DNA of 64,000 nt, the filler included, from Collodictyon triciliatum (taxonomy: Eukaryota): the NCBI GenBank assembly GCA_043381765.1. It is 9 parts of 9 records of this genome, joined end to end, with 100 filler letters (N's around TTAATTAATTAA, not from the genome) between each part and the next. Parts side by side here need not be neighbours in the genome. Positions count along the whole stretch, not along the records: positions 21,415 to 28,447 come from JBHJMP010004094.1; positions 28,548 to 35,577 come from JBHJMP010004095.1; positions 35,678 to 42,706 come from JBHJMP010004096.1; 6 more parts are not named here. One strand, 5' to 3'. The stretch's first letter is position 1. Each line of letters opens with the position of its first letter. Under the pieces are notes generated by a model. That model had not been told where the DNA came from. It ran no database searches and was given only the letters and a program-made list of their open reading frames with translations. Position numbers and translations under genes: made by a program. This document shows, one piece after another, positions 26,111-39,400 of the stretch.

Positions 26111-26523
26111 TTTTCACGGTATTTTATATAACTTTTACTTAAAGTTCTAGGTTATGACAACGTAACAATAAATGTGGAAAATTTATATAGTTTATGATTA
26201 TTTTTCATAATAAACGAATCGAGATTTTCTCAATAAATCGTTTGTGTTTGTTCTCCCTTTATTTATAAATGGAGGGAATATCAAAGGTAAAAAAATTCTA
26301 TAAATCTGACATGATTGAATGATTAGATGCAGGTTAGTGATGACGCAACGAAATCTACTCTAAAAAAGTTGTTGAGACATCCTATGGAACGGTATACTAC
26401 CATGCTCAGAACGTCGATGGTCTAATTCAAGGTGGTGCATTCCTCTTTCTCTTCTTTTCCTTTCTTGTTTATAAGATATGATGTCTCGAGATTTGTTTCG
26501 AACTCTCGTGTACCAGTAAAGTT

Positions 26524-27713
26524 TTATAGACTCTCATTAAATGGTGGTAGCTGGAATATCTACATTATTCATTCAAAAATGAGCACCGAAAGCACAAAAG
26601 GGGTAGTGTTTTTTTTTTAAAAAAAAATCATATTATGTGCAAGATTCAACATATGGTTGATATGAACTAATAAACTTTGACATATATATATTTGAATTAC
26701 ACAGTTTGTGCTCACCATATTGTTCGAAACATCCAGGTCTTCAAGATTGCAAAGTTTGTTGATATCCTCAGGAATACTCGTTGTCTTATAACGAATATGT
26801 GGTTTTTTGGATTAATTAAAATGGGATTTTTACTCATCAAATAATTAATTGATGATTTTTACGTTACCCTGTTGTCTGAAATATCAAGAACTTTGATCGA
26901 AGTCAGAGAAAAAATATGCTCTGGGATGTTGGCAAGCTATCTCGTTCAAGTTGGAATTTAGTGTGCATGAATATCCAGCTTTGATTCGTGAAGAAAATTA
27001 CGTGATTTCCTGAGAGATTCAAATAAGTCATGCTTTGCAAAAGTGTTATGCTCTTTGGCAAAGTGGTGAGGCTCCTTCTGCACAGACTAAATGAGTGGAA
27101 TTCGATTTGGTTCATGTTTGGTGTCCATCCCGACTCCGATATTGATTCTAACTGTGTTTGTGGTTTTACAATTGTTTATTATTATTATTATTATCATCAT
27201 CATCATCTTATATAAAATACCATTTCACAGAGTTGCAACTGCCGTATTTGCTTGTATTCTTCGTTCTCTGTTTTATTCCACACTGGAAGAGTTGTGATGC
27301 CACGCGGTGCTCTCTTTATTGTCTGTGTGCCCCAGCATTCGATGTAGAGCCTCACCAAATTGGTCAGCGCTGTGATTTGTGGCGGAAGCTCCTCCATCTG
27401 CGCATCGTTGTCAGGAACTTTCTCTTTTCAACATAAAAAAAATAATGGAAAATCAATAAAAAGAAAAACCTACCGGGTTGTTATAAATATTTAGCCATGT
27501 GAGACCTGTCAAACACGATATTTGTGAAGGTAGCGATGACAGCTGATTACCAGCGACACCTAATTCCCTCAGACTAGTCAACAAAAAGATACCAAGCGGA
27601 ACGGATGTCAAGTTTTTTCCGGCTAAGTCTAGACTCTCGGAGCTTTTTAAAGAGGCGATAGATTCTCCAGTGATTTTTCGGAGCTCTTCTAAAAGTACAA
27701 TCTCGTCGGCCAT
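26524..27713 (-). CDS. Leucine-rich repeat protein (multi-exon); 3' end uncertain, possibly frameshifted
   Basis: LDLAGKNLTSVP..LRELGVAGNQLSSLPSQISCLTGLTWLNIYNN; LTTLPKSITLLQSMTYLNLSGNH|LANIPEHIFSLTSIKVLDISDNR|TTSIPEDINKLCNLEDLDVSNN. Confidence 0.8.
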
Positions 27714-28721
27714 GCCGGCAGAATGAGGCGGAGGTGGTTTGGGCGAGTTCTGGGGGTTCTGTGCGGACGAGTGAACTGGGTTGCGTGTTTGTGCGCTGCA
27801 TAGCGTTAGTTTGTTTTGTAACTGCACTCGACAAATCATACAGGATGTGTGTTGCTGGGTGGGAGCAGTGCGGTTGTGGACGCAGAGAATAGAAAGCGCA
27901 TTGCGAATGAGTGATGCGATAAGGCAGCGAGAAAGGGAGAGTGCAGGGCCGCAGCGATTTCGACTGGACGAAGATTAAATATCCCACAAAGACCGGCGAA
28001 TCTTCCGTCCGAATAATTATGTGGCCATTTCAATGTGCAGGTGTACGGATTGGGCTGTGTGTCGCTCGTGCGTGGTGTGTGGCTTGTGTGGTGATTGGGA
28101 AAGCAGAACATTCAAGAGTGCTCCAGGTACGATATCTCTTAATTATGCACGACGTGTATTCCTGCTGCAAAAATTCGTATGATTTATTGGCGTAGCTTTC
28201 GACGTGTGTCCCAAAACTCATAAATGCTATAAATTCCACATATTGAAAATATTATGGTGAGAATAATATGGAATACCCAAAACTTAATTATCCCCTTTTC
28301 TTATTTGCTTTTCTTTTGTACTGTGCGATGCTCTAGACATTGTTTTATGGCTTTTTTTTTTTATTCACGACAGACTTTGCTGTTGGCGCCCATGCCAACA
28401 ATCTTTTTTCAACCACCAAGCAAGTATTCCGAGGTAAAAAGAAATTANNNNNNNNNNNNNNNNNNNNNNNNNNNNNNNNNNNNNNNNNNNNTTAATTAAT
28501 TAANNNNNNNNNNNNNNNNNNNNNNNNNNNNNNNNNNNNNNNNNNNNATGTATTTTTTATGTATTTTTTATGTATTTTTTATGTATTTTTTATGTATTTT
28601 TTATGTATTTTTTATGTATTTTTTATGTATTTTTTATGTATTTTTTTATGTTATGTGCAGAAGTCTTATCCAAATGGCATCTAATTAATAATTATAAAAG
28701 TAACTTACGTGTAACCCTCAG

Positions 28722-29727
28722 GCATGCACCTTGTACGAAGAAAGAATTGTAGACTCCAAAGACCAATTTTTTTGTGTAAATGCCATGATTGGAACCCTGC
28801 AGATAATTCGCAACTACGAATTTGAACCATATCAAGGTTTCATTACAAAGATGGCCCTCTATGCCAACAATCTTATCAAGAAGCAAGACCAGTGCCGGGC
28901 AATATACCTCTGCTCTCACTTGTTCTGGATTATGGATGCCGCTGTACCATCCTCTTTTTTTTTCTTTTTTTTATTCTTCCTTTCAACTTTTGTGCATCCT
29001 CTTTTCTAAACTCATGTCCCCGTTCTTGACGCGTGCATATGTTGCATCACACATACCTTTATTTTTTCTCTTGAGCTGATTCAAAACTTTGCAATAGCCT
29101 TCAGAATTCAGGAACGGCAAAAGGGTTCTGGAATGTCTGCGAAAATCGCTGAAGATCGCCGAAGCTTGTGTCGACGCCACTCAACAAATACGCCTCTATA
29201 TTGAAATCCTGAACGAGTATCTTTACTACTTTGAGAACGAGAATGAATTTGTGAGTATCTTCTTTTTCTATTGTATAAATGCGATTATTTCATCTTTTTG
29301 TTATTGAATCATCCAGTTGTGTGATGTTCGCACGATTTCTCTATTGCCTTTGTATTATCAGATTGAAGAATAACAATCGTGTTTATTTTTTATTATTTTT
29401 ATTATTTTAATTTTAATTTTAATTTTAATTTTAATTTTAATTTTAATTTTAATTTTAATTTTAATTTTAATTTTAATTTTAATTTTTTTAATCTATCGAA
29501 TTCAACATGTACCTGTGAATCAACAGGTCACTGCAAACTACATGTCTGTCATCCTCAGCATGATTTCATCGAAGGCAGCAGCGATGGATTCCGGCATCGA
29601 AGACAACGCCTCGGTTTTCGAGTATTATCGCAACACACAAACATACATCCACCTTAGAAAAACACACACCGCTTCATCCGGCCGATATCTCGAAATCGAA
29701 ACCCCAAACACGCCCCCGACCCAGTGA
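28722..29727 (+). CDS. VPS35: Retromer subunit VPS35, 3' exons
   Basis: YEE.I.DSKDQ..IGTLQ..TKMALYANNLIKKQDQCRAIYLCSHLFW; RNGKRVLECLRKSLKIA; LYIEILNEYLYYFE. Confidence 0.92.
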
Positions 29728-30090
29728 TTAAAAAAACATGCGAGTCATGAACTCTTTAAAGCTTATAGTTGATTCTTGAAGAAAAGAAAAGAAAAAATGA
29801 AAATAAGAAGGGGATAGAAAAAGGAAAGGATAGGGAGGGAAAGAAGAGGACAGAAAAGGAAAGGAAAGGAAGGGAATGTGAACTGGTGATGGATTTAATA
29901 AGGAGGCCTCTAGGCAGTATGTAAGTAATCACTTGTATTCACAGCTCAGTGGCGTGGAGACGAGCACACAGAAGATAAAGTCGCACATGCAGCGGCTGAT
30001 TCTTTCTGATTAGCGTGCTTTTGATTGATCTGATGTGCCCTGCGCACTCTACTCCACGCATGCGCATTGTCCGTGAAACGGTGATTTGTG

Positions 30091-31486
30091 CTATGGATTC
30101 GGCATCGGCTTCTGCTCGTCGGCCTCTGTTGCAGCAACAGGCTTGGTCTCTGCTCGCTCGTTCATCGATACCGTTGGCTCCTCCTTCTTCACGGGAGTCT
30201 CCGGGTACAGTCGCACAGGCTCTGTTTGGATGGCTTCTCGTGCTGCTGCTGCCGCTGCTTTCGGTGAGGCTGATGCTTCTAGACAAGAAAATCATGTGGG
30301 TGCAGAAAACAAGCGAGATGCATGACCGTTTTTTATGCTTGGTCTTTATCGCAGTTGGTGGAGCAACAAATTTTGTGATATATGTTTGCTTTTATCATTA
30401 TACTATTATGTATTTTCTGTGGGGTTTTTTTATTTGTCTATTCTTTTGTCTATTCCTTTTTATATTCCTTTTTATATTCCTTTTTATATTCCTTTTTATA
30501 TTCCTTTTTATATTCCTTTTTATATTCCTTTTTATATTCCTTTTTATATTCCTTTTTATATTCCTTTTTTTATATTCCTTTTTTTATATTCCTTTTTTTA
30601 TATTCCTTTTTTTATATTCCTTTTTTTATATTCCTTTTTTTATATTCCTTTTTTATATTCCTTTTTTTATATTCCTTTTTTTATATTCCTTTTTTTATAT
30701 TCCTTTTTTTATATTCCTTTTTTATATTCCTTTTTATATTCCTTTTTATATTCCTTTTTATATTCCTTTTTATATTGATTTTGGCAAAATAGCTCCAATG
30801 TAAGGTGTAGCATGACCAGGAGTAACTGGGTGAAAGTGGGAGGGAGGCAGACGGTAGAAACCTACCTTGTGGGGCGGTGGATTGTTCCAACTTTTCTTGA
30901 AAGTCAGCATCCATACTGACTCTTTTCGCAGCCACATTTTCTTCGCGTGTTGAGCTTTAAAAAAAAAAATCACATGGAAAATAAGAGAAAAATGGTATTA
31001 AGGTATGGGCGTGGTTTGGTCAGGTGTGTGGAGGGACTTTGTTGGTAGTGTGACATACCCTAGTGCTAAAGAGCCGTCTGCTTGTTGAAATTGCAAGGTG
31101 TATCCCTCGCGGGGTTGCAATACTTTGTGCAAGGAGGCAGGAATCTTTGGGTCCGTGTGATTTGATTGCCCAGGTTTTCTGCTATCTCGGTTGTCTGCAT
31201 CATCGCTGTCGTTCGTGTCGTCGATTTCAAGTGCTTCGTTGTCTTCATTAGACTGGCCAGATTGGCTGGAATCTGATTTGTAGTTGGTATTTGGTGTTGC
31301 TTTAATGGATTTAAAATTTTGATAATTGATTTGGTATTTATTTATTTATTTATTTATTTTATTAAAAAAAAAAAAAGTACACTTTGAGATGTCATCAGAA
31401 AAAGAATTGGTAATAGTGAATTGGTAACTATTGCTTGGACAACACGCAAGTTGTGATGATATATCTTAATAATAATAATGATGATG

Positions 31487-31570
<84 letters not shown>

Positions 31571-32459
31571 GTAATAATAGTAATAGTAATAATAATAATA
31601 ATAATAACCTCCAATGACTCCTTCATCTGACGAATTCACTACAGGATTATCCTGGAATAAAGTCGACCTCATCTTCAAGCTAAAGGACAAAACAGTATGG
31701 TTGGAATCTCTTTACAAGAGTACGGGAAAATGACGAATTGCTATGGTTTGGCTGTGTTGTATTTTCATGTTTTGATCATGCATGATGTGATATGGATAGA
31801 AGATCATGTTTAGTCGTGACCCACCCAGATAACTTTGCATCTGCATCATCGGCACTGGCTGTCATCGGCACTCCGGGTGCGGACGAGACCCTAGCTCATA
31901 AAATAAAATAAAAAGAATAAAATTAAGAAAATGATTGTAAATAAACGAGCTGGGGAATATGAGAAACGTTGAGGAATCAACGATGATAAGCGACGAAAAT
32001 AGTTGTGGTATCAAAGCGCAAGAAGTATATTATAACTGAAAAAATAGTATCTGGACGAGTGTCGGTATGTTATACATTTAGACGGGGAATAAATATAAGA
32101 AGGATAATGATGAAAATGTTATCTATTGAAATGTCTCTAAGGAGAAAAAGGTAATCTTACAAATCCATCATTTGGGGGTGTGGCGAGGGTCTAAGATGCT
32201 CCTTTTCGAATTCTCTTTCATGGTCTCTTTCTCTGTCTCGTTCACGTTCTCGGCTTCTATCTTTTTCTCTCTCACGTTCTCGGTATTTGTCCTTGTCCCT
32301 CTCTCTTTCCCGCTCTTTTTCTTTCATCCTTTCGCGATCTTTGGCCCTTTCAGAGAGGCGCTCCCTGTCTCTGTCCTTCTCGCTCGACGTAGATTTTACT
32401 GGTGTTGCCCCTGAACCGCCCGATGAATACATCTGTTGTTTTATTTTCGTTTTATCGCA

Positions 32460-32543
<84 letters not shown>

Positions 32544-34372
32544 TATTCGAAAATTTCGTAAAGAATACCAGGTTGTGTAATAAGAGGACACTTAATGTAT
32601 GAAATATTATAGCATATCAGGAAATATGGGAGGAAGGTTTGTCCATTCAATCCACATCATGATTTGGTTTGGACTCTTCAAATATTTCAACCTTATATCA
32701 GGCTTTTAAGACAGAAGATAGATTTGGGGTAATGATTACCTTCCCAAATCCAGCGCTTCCTTTTCCAGTCAGGCCGTCAGAATCTACTGCTTGACCCAAG
32801 CTAACAAACAAAAAGAAAATAAGAATCAATAATTTGGTACGTGAAAATATCGTGCGATGAGTCATATAGTATTTGATTTGCATATTTTAGTCGAAGAGAC
32901 AATACTGTCATTTCTTAAAGATGTATAGAATAAGCCTCTTTCATATTCGTTACATAGTATTCCCGCATACAGAAATACTCATCCAGACAGACATTAATTA
33001 ACGTCGTTGAAGATTTAAGCCACAAAACAAATTGTAACAAAGTTGTTTCTATGAAATCAATAATTACATGTGGCGACCAGACAAATCCATCCCTGCAGGG
33101 TGGTTTCCCGGTGTAGAGGAAGACGGCACCAAACTTCCGGCAGCAGAGTTTTGTAGAGACCCTAATGCACTGGCACTATGTAACAGGGGTGTATTGCCCA
33201 TTTGACCCATCTGGCTCATCCCCGGGATTCCCTGCATGCCTTGAATCTGCTGCTGCATGGGATTCATACCAGGTAGGCCAGATGATGGCCCCATACTACC
33301 CAGACTGGGCATTCCTGGTGCGTTGGACGGACTTGGGAGGCCATTGATGCCGGCCATCCCGGGAACCCCAGTCATACTTCCCATCGATTGCATATTGCCA
33401 ACTCCAGCTGCGCTCTGTATTCCTGAGTAATTTTGCATCTGCTGTTGCTGCGCATTTTGTTGTTGTGTGTTTTGTTGTTGTTGTTGTTGCTGTTGTTGCT
33501 GCTGCTGTTGCGTGCTTTGTTGCTGTTGCGTGTTTTGTTGTTGCTGCTGTATTCCTAGGGCATTGTGCACGCTTTGGCTGGCTGCAAAAGGCGCCCCAGG
33601 CATATTTGGCATCTGCTGCATTCCATGGATTCCATTCATGCTGCCTTGTATACCTGCAATCCCCTGCAGTCCCTGCAAACCATTTTGGACACTGCCTTGC
33701 GGTCCTTGCATTCCTGGAACCCCATGAACGCCCTGGGCTCCTTGAGTGCTCTGGCTATTCTGGCTTGAGGGCCCCATGTGGCTCATACCCGAGATAGATG
33801 GGATGTTTCCTTGCAGTCCCTGAACCCCAGTAACAGACTGCAAAGGGGGCTGTGCGCCTGGCATTCCTTGAGCAGGGTTGAGTCCGTGCACGGAGGGCAT
33901 TCCAGAGATACTATTGAGGCTTCCTTGCATTCCCGCCATTCCTTGCATATTCCCCATGCCTTGCAGACTCGATACAGACTGCAGGCCGTTTGGTGGAGGG
34001 ATGCTCGGATTCATTTGAGCGGCTCCAGGGTTGGTAAGTGGCTGACTGGTGGGTCCAGGAATTCCTTGGAGGGGGTTGGCTTGGGCGTTGAGCGAACCTG
34101 AGGCTCCTCCTGTTTGCTGTGCTTGGCGAAGAATTTGGAGGCGCTCTTGGATATGTCTGTTGGATGGGTCCAGCTCGGCTGCTCTCTGATAAGCATCGAG
34201 TGAGTCCTGTATTTGGTTGCATGACTCATAGAGTGTTCCCAGGTTGTACCTTTTGGTTATTGGTTTCGGATTATTATCATTTTCCTTTATTCGATTCAAA
34301 GTGTTGGTTTCGAATTATAACTGTAATCGTTCGTGGAGGTAGGCGAATAAGAATAGCAAGGAGAGAATATTT

Positions 34373-34460
<88 letters not shown>

Positions 34461-35290
34461 TAATAATAATTATAACAACAACAACAACAACAACGACGAC
34501 GACGAAGGGAAAAAAGGCATGGACTGAGAATGTTTAAAATAATGGCTCATATAAGTCTAAACGTACCAAACTTCGCTCAAGAAAGGATTGAACCGAATGG
34601 CACGACTGTAAGCATCTAAAGCATCTCGGTGCTATTGATCGAAAACGACAAAACAAAACAAAAAGAAGAAAAAGTTAACAAAATTCTATGATGGATAAAG
34701 GATTAAATCAAACTGTCAGAATTTTCACCATCTTCTCTCGATATAATTAGTAAATCACATAATTGCATTTGTGCATCTTCTTTTCTAAAGACTGATTACT
34801 TGGCTAATACGATAATATAAAACACCGATGGAGCACCAGAAAATAGGGTTTTTGCTGTCTCGGTAACTAATAGAAATGTTTGTCATTTAGTATGATAGGA
34901 GGCATTTAGATAGATGATGGATTTTTTTCCTTTATTCGATTCAAAGTGGAGATATATGATAGATAATAGCGATTTGGGGTGTGATTATAATATAAAAAAC
35001 TGTTATTCAAAGTATTGAGTATAAAATCATAATTGTGACGCCAAATCCAACTATATCCCGAATTGAAAGAAGACGAGGAAAACAAAAAGAAGCCTACCAT
35101 GATAAACCATATGCAAAAAATATAGATGAATAGAAAGGCGTACACGGCCTGCTGGTATGCGTCATATGCCTTCTTGTACTTTGCGTTTGCTTTGACTCTC
35201 TTTTCATCGTTAGGTGCAATTGCAGCTGCCTGAGTCATATAGCATCGACCAAGGAGATACCATGTTTGTCCGTCGTTGGGATCTGTTTCA
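30091..35290 (-). CDS. SSN6: Ssn6/Cyc8 (TrfA-like) TPR corepressor, 3' part with Q-rich and low-complexity tail
   Basis: DGQTWYLLGRCYM..YKKAYDAYQQAVYRDSKNPIFWCSIGVLYY..RDALDAYSRAIRFNPFLSEVWYNLGTLYESCNQIQDSLDAYQRAAELDPSNRHIQERLQIL. Downstream exons end at a TAG at 30091. Confidence 0.9.
30450..30776. repeat. (TATTCCTTTTTA)n 12-14-bp minisatellite in the last Ssn6 intron
   Basis: About 25 units with variable T-run length. Confidence 0.95.
34280..34303 (-). mobile_element. ~25-bp element copy with ~17-bp TSD-like flanks (Ssn6 intron)
   Basis: TTTTCCTTTATTCGATTCAAAGTG between TTGGTTTCGGATTATTA (34260-34276) and TTGGTTTCGAATTATAA (34304-34320). Confidence 0.8.
34923..34949 (-). mobile_element. 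~25-bp element copy with 15-bp TSD-like flanks (Ssn6 intron)
   Basis: TTTTTTCCTTTATTCGATTCAAAGTGG between AGATAGATGATGGAT (34908-34922) and AGATATATGATAGAT (34950-34964). Confidence 0.8.
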
Positions 35291-35497
35291 ATTAGCTCAT
35301 TAGGCCAAGTGTTTTCAGAGTGCCGTTCAATTAAAAGAATAACCGAGACGTGAAATGATCAAATGCTTGTTCAAATGAAAAATTGTTTCATTTATTTTAC
35401 TTTTAATATGAAATACACCTTCGCATCATAACTAAAAATTCTCACTTTAGTATTTTTTCTGCGTTTTGGTTTTTTTGTTTTTTTTTTTGTTTTTTTT

Positions 35498-35577
<80 letters not shown>

Positions 35578-35681
35578 NNNNNNNNNNNNNNNNNNNNNNN
35601 NNNNNNNNNNNNNNNNNNNNNTTAATTAATTAANNNNNNNNNNNNNNNNNNNNNNNNNNNNNNNNNNNNNNNNNNNNATAT

Positions 35682-35746
<65 letters not shown>

Positions 35747-35748
35747 AG

Positions 35749-36301
35749 GTCGGCTCTAAAATTTGGCGGGATAATCAACCATTTCGAAATGTTAAATATC
35801 TTAACCCGGTCTCAATTGGCCATATGTCTGGATTCTGACTCTGCCACTCTTTCTGTTGCCGGCTTTGCTCCCACAGTTTTCATTCAGTCTTCGTTAAACG
35901 TTAGATTCATAAGATTATTGTTGTTATTATTTGGTGTCATTTCAACTGTTTATTGAGATGATTTATCAAAAGAGATAAAAGTTTTACGAAAAGAAATATA
36001 GACCCAGATATTTTTACTATATCAAACTGGGCTTGTATAATCTTACGTGTATATAAACGGAACACAATTTAAAAATAATATCCATTTTTAGCACATAGAT
36101 GCATCACAAGGCCTTCAGATATCATCCATGGCGTTGAGGGTTGACCTCCTTAATGAATCCACCTTCTCTTCTTCAGTAAAAAGAGCAATGGACATTAAAC
36201 AGCAATTCCAACGCGAAGCGAAACCCGCGCGCATACAAGCAAAGAAGACTATCTCCAAAGTTTTATCAGATTTTGCAAAAGCGGTTGTCAAATCACTGTA
36301 A
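35749..36301 (+). CDS. 3' exons of an unidentified gene, possibly GT-B fold (GT9 or pyruvyl-transferase-like C-terminus)
   Basis: After GCAG|: SALKFGGIINHFEMLNILTRSQLAICLDSDSATLSVAGFAPTVFI. Last exon ..KTISKVLSDFAKAVVKSL*. Convergent with anoctamin. Confidence 0.45.
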
Positions 36302-36437
36302 CCTGATATTTCGAAGCACATCTAAAATAAAGAAAAATCCATCTGATTTATAAGTATCTTTATTATGCTCTTTATTTTATTAAATCATTAATTTTTCCTT
36401 GGGGAAGAGGGAAGGGGGGAGGTTCGACTGGCTTTTT

Positions 36438-39400
36438 TTATTCGTCGTTTTTCTTATTCATAGAATTATAGTTTTTCTTCTTCTTTGGAATCCACTCGCA
36501 CCAAGAGATTATTTGGTTATATTCTTGCTCATCGTTTTCGTTATGGGATTCATAATGAGGCTATAATATAAATAGATAAGCAGAAATACTACTACTTAAC
36601 AAATTGGTTAGAGAATATACATATTTTATCCCATGAGTTTTTCTCTTCGTTGTCTTAATACAATCTGATGTATATATAAAACTCGATGAGCATGACATCC
36701 AAATTAAAATTGGATACATATTTGTTCGAGAAAAAAATATCCACTTACTATTTCGTGCGACGTCTGAAAGGTCTCCACTTGTATGTCAAACAGGTTTACC
36801 CGGTCGTCGATATCGTCTCGAGAGACACAAATTCGGTCATGCCTCAGTTTACCAGATTCCTGGAGATTATGGAAATAAATCATAGATATTTGCATGGTTA
36901 GATTTCCTCATAATGGATGTGTTTAACATTATGGCACGAACAGCGCAGTTATCACCCAGAAGGTGGGGGATGAAGCATTATCATTTTCAAGAGAGCTTTC
37001 TTCATATATTTATTTATAGAAAATGTACGGATGCAAATAGTGGCACGAAACTTACAACAGGTATGCATAACTTGATGATAAACATAATTGAGAGAAGGAT
37101 GTGCTGAAGTTAAAGGTTGATACATTAAAAATTGATCGTTTCGATAGGGAAATAAATCCAATTGTTATTGTTATTATTGATAAAAAAAAATTAAAAAAAA
37201 AAAAAACAAACTTCTAAGACGATAGCAAAGCATAATTTGGATGTGGTGTCGTCATGGCGCACCAAGTTAATATCTTCAAGCAAGTTCGATGTGAATGCTA
37301 GCACAAATATTTTATTTTTACTTTATTATACATTTTAAAATAGTTCATATATAATAGTTCGAGAAAGCGTAAATACGATGTTAGCCAGAAGTAAAAGTAA
37401 AAAGAACCTAGAATGAAGCTATTCGTTACAACTGATATTATTGATATAAATTCCAAAATAATTTGATATCCTCCTAAATATTTAATTTCCCATAGCTGAA
37501 TTTAATTTAGACAGTCAAATATTGCCCATGGAAATCATTAATTAATAATTTATATGACAGCTTTTATAAATATATTTAATAACATATGAGATATCATATA
37601 GTCATCTAATTTTTCGTTACTTAATCACAGAAACACTTCAAAAATGTATCATTTTTTTTGTTCTTTTTTTTTAAAAAAAAAAAAACCTATATCATTTTCT
37701 CGTCGATAAAATGGGCGTTGATAGGAACTGCACAGCTTCTGGGCGTCAGTGCGGACTAAAATTTGCCGTTAAATGCAGGATTCGACCAAAAATACACTTT
37801 CTTTCATGGCTAATTTTAAAGGCAATTACTTTCAATCAAATTGTTTATCAAGGCCAGGAGAGATGCAAAAGGAAATGCAGAGGCGAACATTGTGACATAT
37901 CCATATTGAATTATCATTTCATTGTAATCATCTGATGCGTTGGGATAAGGCTCTCTTTTGCTTTGTAATTCTTCGTTTGATAATTCAAGGTCTTCGTCTC
38001 CCTTCAGTAATTTTATGAATCAGCTCTCTTATCCTTGAAAATCTACTAAATTTGTCTCTCACATTTGCAAAACCTCAAAAAAACTAAACCAAATGATTTT
38101 TCTCATTTCTTAGGTAATAATTACAGATAAACCATGGACTGACGGAAGTTTTTGATAACTGAATAGGCTTCCATCCAGAAACTTTGTTCTGATATACTTT
38201 GAATGAAATATTTTAATATTTTATATGAAATTGGAGAGTGGAATAGACCATAGAATACCTGGAGCACTCCACCTTTGTCAGATAATATGCGGATCTTTGT
38301 ATTTATGTACCTAAAGAGATTGTGTATCAAGTATCATGACATACTATTTACTCTCTCGGTCAATGCATGTATCGTTAAAATAATAAGAAAATCTTAATTA
38401 CGGTAAGAAGGACTCTAGTACTTGTTGAACAACAATTCTCGTGAAAAAAACAGATCCTAAATAATCAAATATAGAATACAATAATCATTTTTAATATATA
38501 TAGACCGGAGCGCGAGTTGATATTATTAAAAAAAAAAAAAAAACGTCAGGCATTTTCTTTTACTTTATCGCCTTTTGGAATAGATTCAAATGCATAAAAT
38601 ATGAGTAAATTATATTACCAAGCTGTATAGAAAGCTCGTGCATACAATCTTCGACACATTCATCAGTTTGGCCAAATATAGTTGGATTTAGTCTCTTGAT
38701 GATGTAATGAAGTATTTGAGTGAGAAGTTATGTCTGTATTTTTTTAAAAGAAATCATGGTCAGTGATTTGATTTAAAAAATTACCTTAATAAAGGCGATG
38801 TAGAAAAATGATACGTATGAATTAATGAACTGAAATATAAATATTTTGGTGACAAGTCTGTCATCGTATTCACTTTCTGTTCGATGATTTTCTACGACAA
38901 AGTAAAATTTCTAATGTGATCTACAAAAACGATTATGTCGAAAGAAAAAAAAGGTATACTTTTAAAGGTGAATACGATGGTAATACTATCTCACAGGGGA
39001 ACTAAGATACATACCCCAATCATTCAAAGCCCGAGCGATTTTTAGATAAATCTAACCAAAACCAAAACAAATAAATAAACCAGGGTTTTTGATGTAAAAT
39101 GTGTGAAGAGGAAGCTTTTTAGATATTTGTATAGAGAAATTTCAAAAAATGTGGGCGAAATATTTTTTGAGTAAAACTGCAAACCAGATCAAAAACCATT
39201 ATCAGGATAGCATTTAAAACGCCACATAGGACTGGGCCGACAGTTTCGAATCCAGATAACCTTTTTAAGAGTTGTTTTTTTTTTTTTTGAAAAAAAAAGG
39301 AAAAAAAGAAGATAACCCGATTAACAGATAAACAAAAAAATGTATTCAATAGAATGCGTGATTCAATTTATTACAAGTGCACATAAGGATGAGGACATAG

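Noticed and set aside
30450-30776. CRISPR-like array
   Set aside because: Head-to-tail minisatellite with no unique spacers, in a eukaryotic intron.
36115-36321. Minus-strand ORF as the last anoctamin exon
   Set aside because: Anoctamin reaches a stop at 36438. The plus strand here reads as the terminal exon of a convergent gene.
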